Below the pieces are notes generated by a model that made no database searches, had not been told where the DNA came from, and saw only the letters and a list, made by a program, of their open reading frames with translations. The translations under genes were made by a program, and so were the position numbers. This document shows, in pieces, positions 20,322 through 21,619 of a stretch of 21,619 bases of DNA. Numbering within the stretch: position 1 is the stretch's first letter; every line of letters starts with the position of its first letter. This DNA is from Ancylonema sp. (taxonomy: Eukaryota). The DNA lies in the NCBI GenBank assembly GCA_050230475.1, contig JBFLGF010000092.1:62001-83619 (forward strand), written 5' to 3'.

Positions 20322-21342
20322 TTTGATTCTCATTCTCTTTCACTATATCATCAGTCGCTCTTGTGAGGCTTCTCGATGATAAACTAGAGTTTCTGATTCC
20401 ACGTTTTTGTAATGAAAGACATAGAATGGTCACACCCTAAACAGTTGTCCTTTGTCCCACACCACATACACGCCCGTCTCCTCCTCAAATAACTTGGTGC
20501 GTTCGGCACTTGTCTCGCCATATGTTTCCTCATTGTCCTTTCCACCTAGAATCTTGGTCCCTTGCCACACGGTTTTTAAATATGAAGCCTCATGTTGTGC
20601 CTTTGGATGGAAAGGATTGATATCCATCTCATTCGTTCTCCGGTGTTGGTTTCCGGATGTAGGAAGAACATCACTGATTGGAGGCGGTTATCTGATTGGA
20701 GAGTGTGGGACGTTACCATGGTTGCCCTCATCTTGCCATACTCTGTGTTACTCCACTCTTTCTATGTACAACACCTACCAAGGAACAGCGCTTGGTGGTC
20801 CTTAGGTGATTTAGCTCATGATGCAATGTTTTTGGTTGGCCTGTTTATATGCATTTGAACAGGTAGATATGCTTAGAGCTATCTAGTCTGCGTTACACTG
20901 TGATAACGTGTAAGGTGCTACAAGGTTTCAAGAGCGATGGTAGGGCAAGAAATCTAAAGTCAAGAAAGTGTATATAGGACGAAAGTAAAGCAAAGGTGTC
21001 TCTTTTTTTTATGTCTCTATTATGAGTTAATATTCAATACATGTTCATGACAAACATCTGTGTGGGGTAACAATTTGGTGTATGTTCTTGTATTTGAGGA
21101 TCACATCACGCAAAATTCGTGCTTTTGAGCAAAAAAACGGTTGTTTTACATCGCAATAGAGTAGGCCTGAATAATAGGTGTTGATTTCGTTGCAAAAACA
21201 CATGACTGTGTGAGACAATCTTTTAGTTGCAAACGCCTTCGCGCGAGAGTACCTCTCGACTGTACCGTGTCTTCCAGGTTGAGGTGAAAAGCATTCGAGT
21301 GATGGTCGATTTGTGATATTTACAGGTGCATATGGTCCATAT

Positions 21343-21619
21343 CATAGTTGGTCCCGATCCATCCCGGTCCCTGTCCAAAGTGCCGGAACGGGCCCAATCC
21401 AGATCTGCGCCGGACAGGCACACATTTCTCCACAAATAAACTCCTAAAACGTCGAAGTACATGCGGCCGAGGGTCTAGGGTCGGGACCGGCAGTACCACG
21501 ATTTGCAGTTTGGGTACAATCATAGTGGGTCCCCGAGCCGGAAATTATGTGCGCCGGCTTGGGACCGGAGCGCGCGCGCGCCGGCTCGGAGCCGGGCTCC
21601 CAAAATCCGCGAGCGGAGC
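21343..21619. mobile_element. Left ends of one or two further CATAG-type (hAT-like) elements, running out of the window
   Basis: CATAGTTGGTCCC at 21343 and CATAGTGGGTCCC at 21521 resemble the TIR of the 4328 MITE; each is followed by GC-rich CCGG subterminal motifs. Confidence 0.5.

Noticed and set aside
20430..20627. 65-aa - strand ORF as last exon of a convergent gene
   Set aside because: No recognisable family and no convincing in-phase splice acceptor; left unannotated.

Overview
Eukaryotic genomic DNA, inferred to be from a streptophyte plant or alga from the GT-AG intron genes with plant-type proteins and the retroelement types. The left ~14.5 kb is a nest of decayed transposons. (A) A + strand gag/aspartic-protease retroelement (<1-~4210) whose reading frame runs into a cytosine-5 DNA methyltransferase-like domain with the catalytic motifs replaced. 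(B) An 8-bp-TSD hAT-type MITE and an 80-bp-TIR element. (C) A second + strand LTR/gag element (5275-~8020). (D) A 3'-truncated Ty3/Gypsy chromovirus-like element on the - strand (~8020-12787) with a Tf1-type self-priming signature: no tRNA PBS, and a PBS complementary to the predicted transcript 5' end. (E) A - strand protease paralog of element A, possibly part of a ~5.5-kb inversion. The right end holds two intact spliced housekeeping genes that the ORF track misses, arranged head-to-head: prefoldin subunit 1 (- strand, 6 exons including a 7-nt microexon) and complex I subunit NDUFB2/AGGG (+ strand). Several MITEs and minisatellites are also present. Protein family calls rest on motifs recognised by eye; no database search was run.
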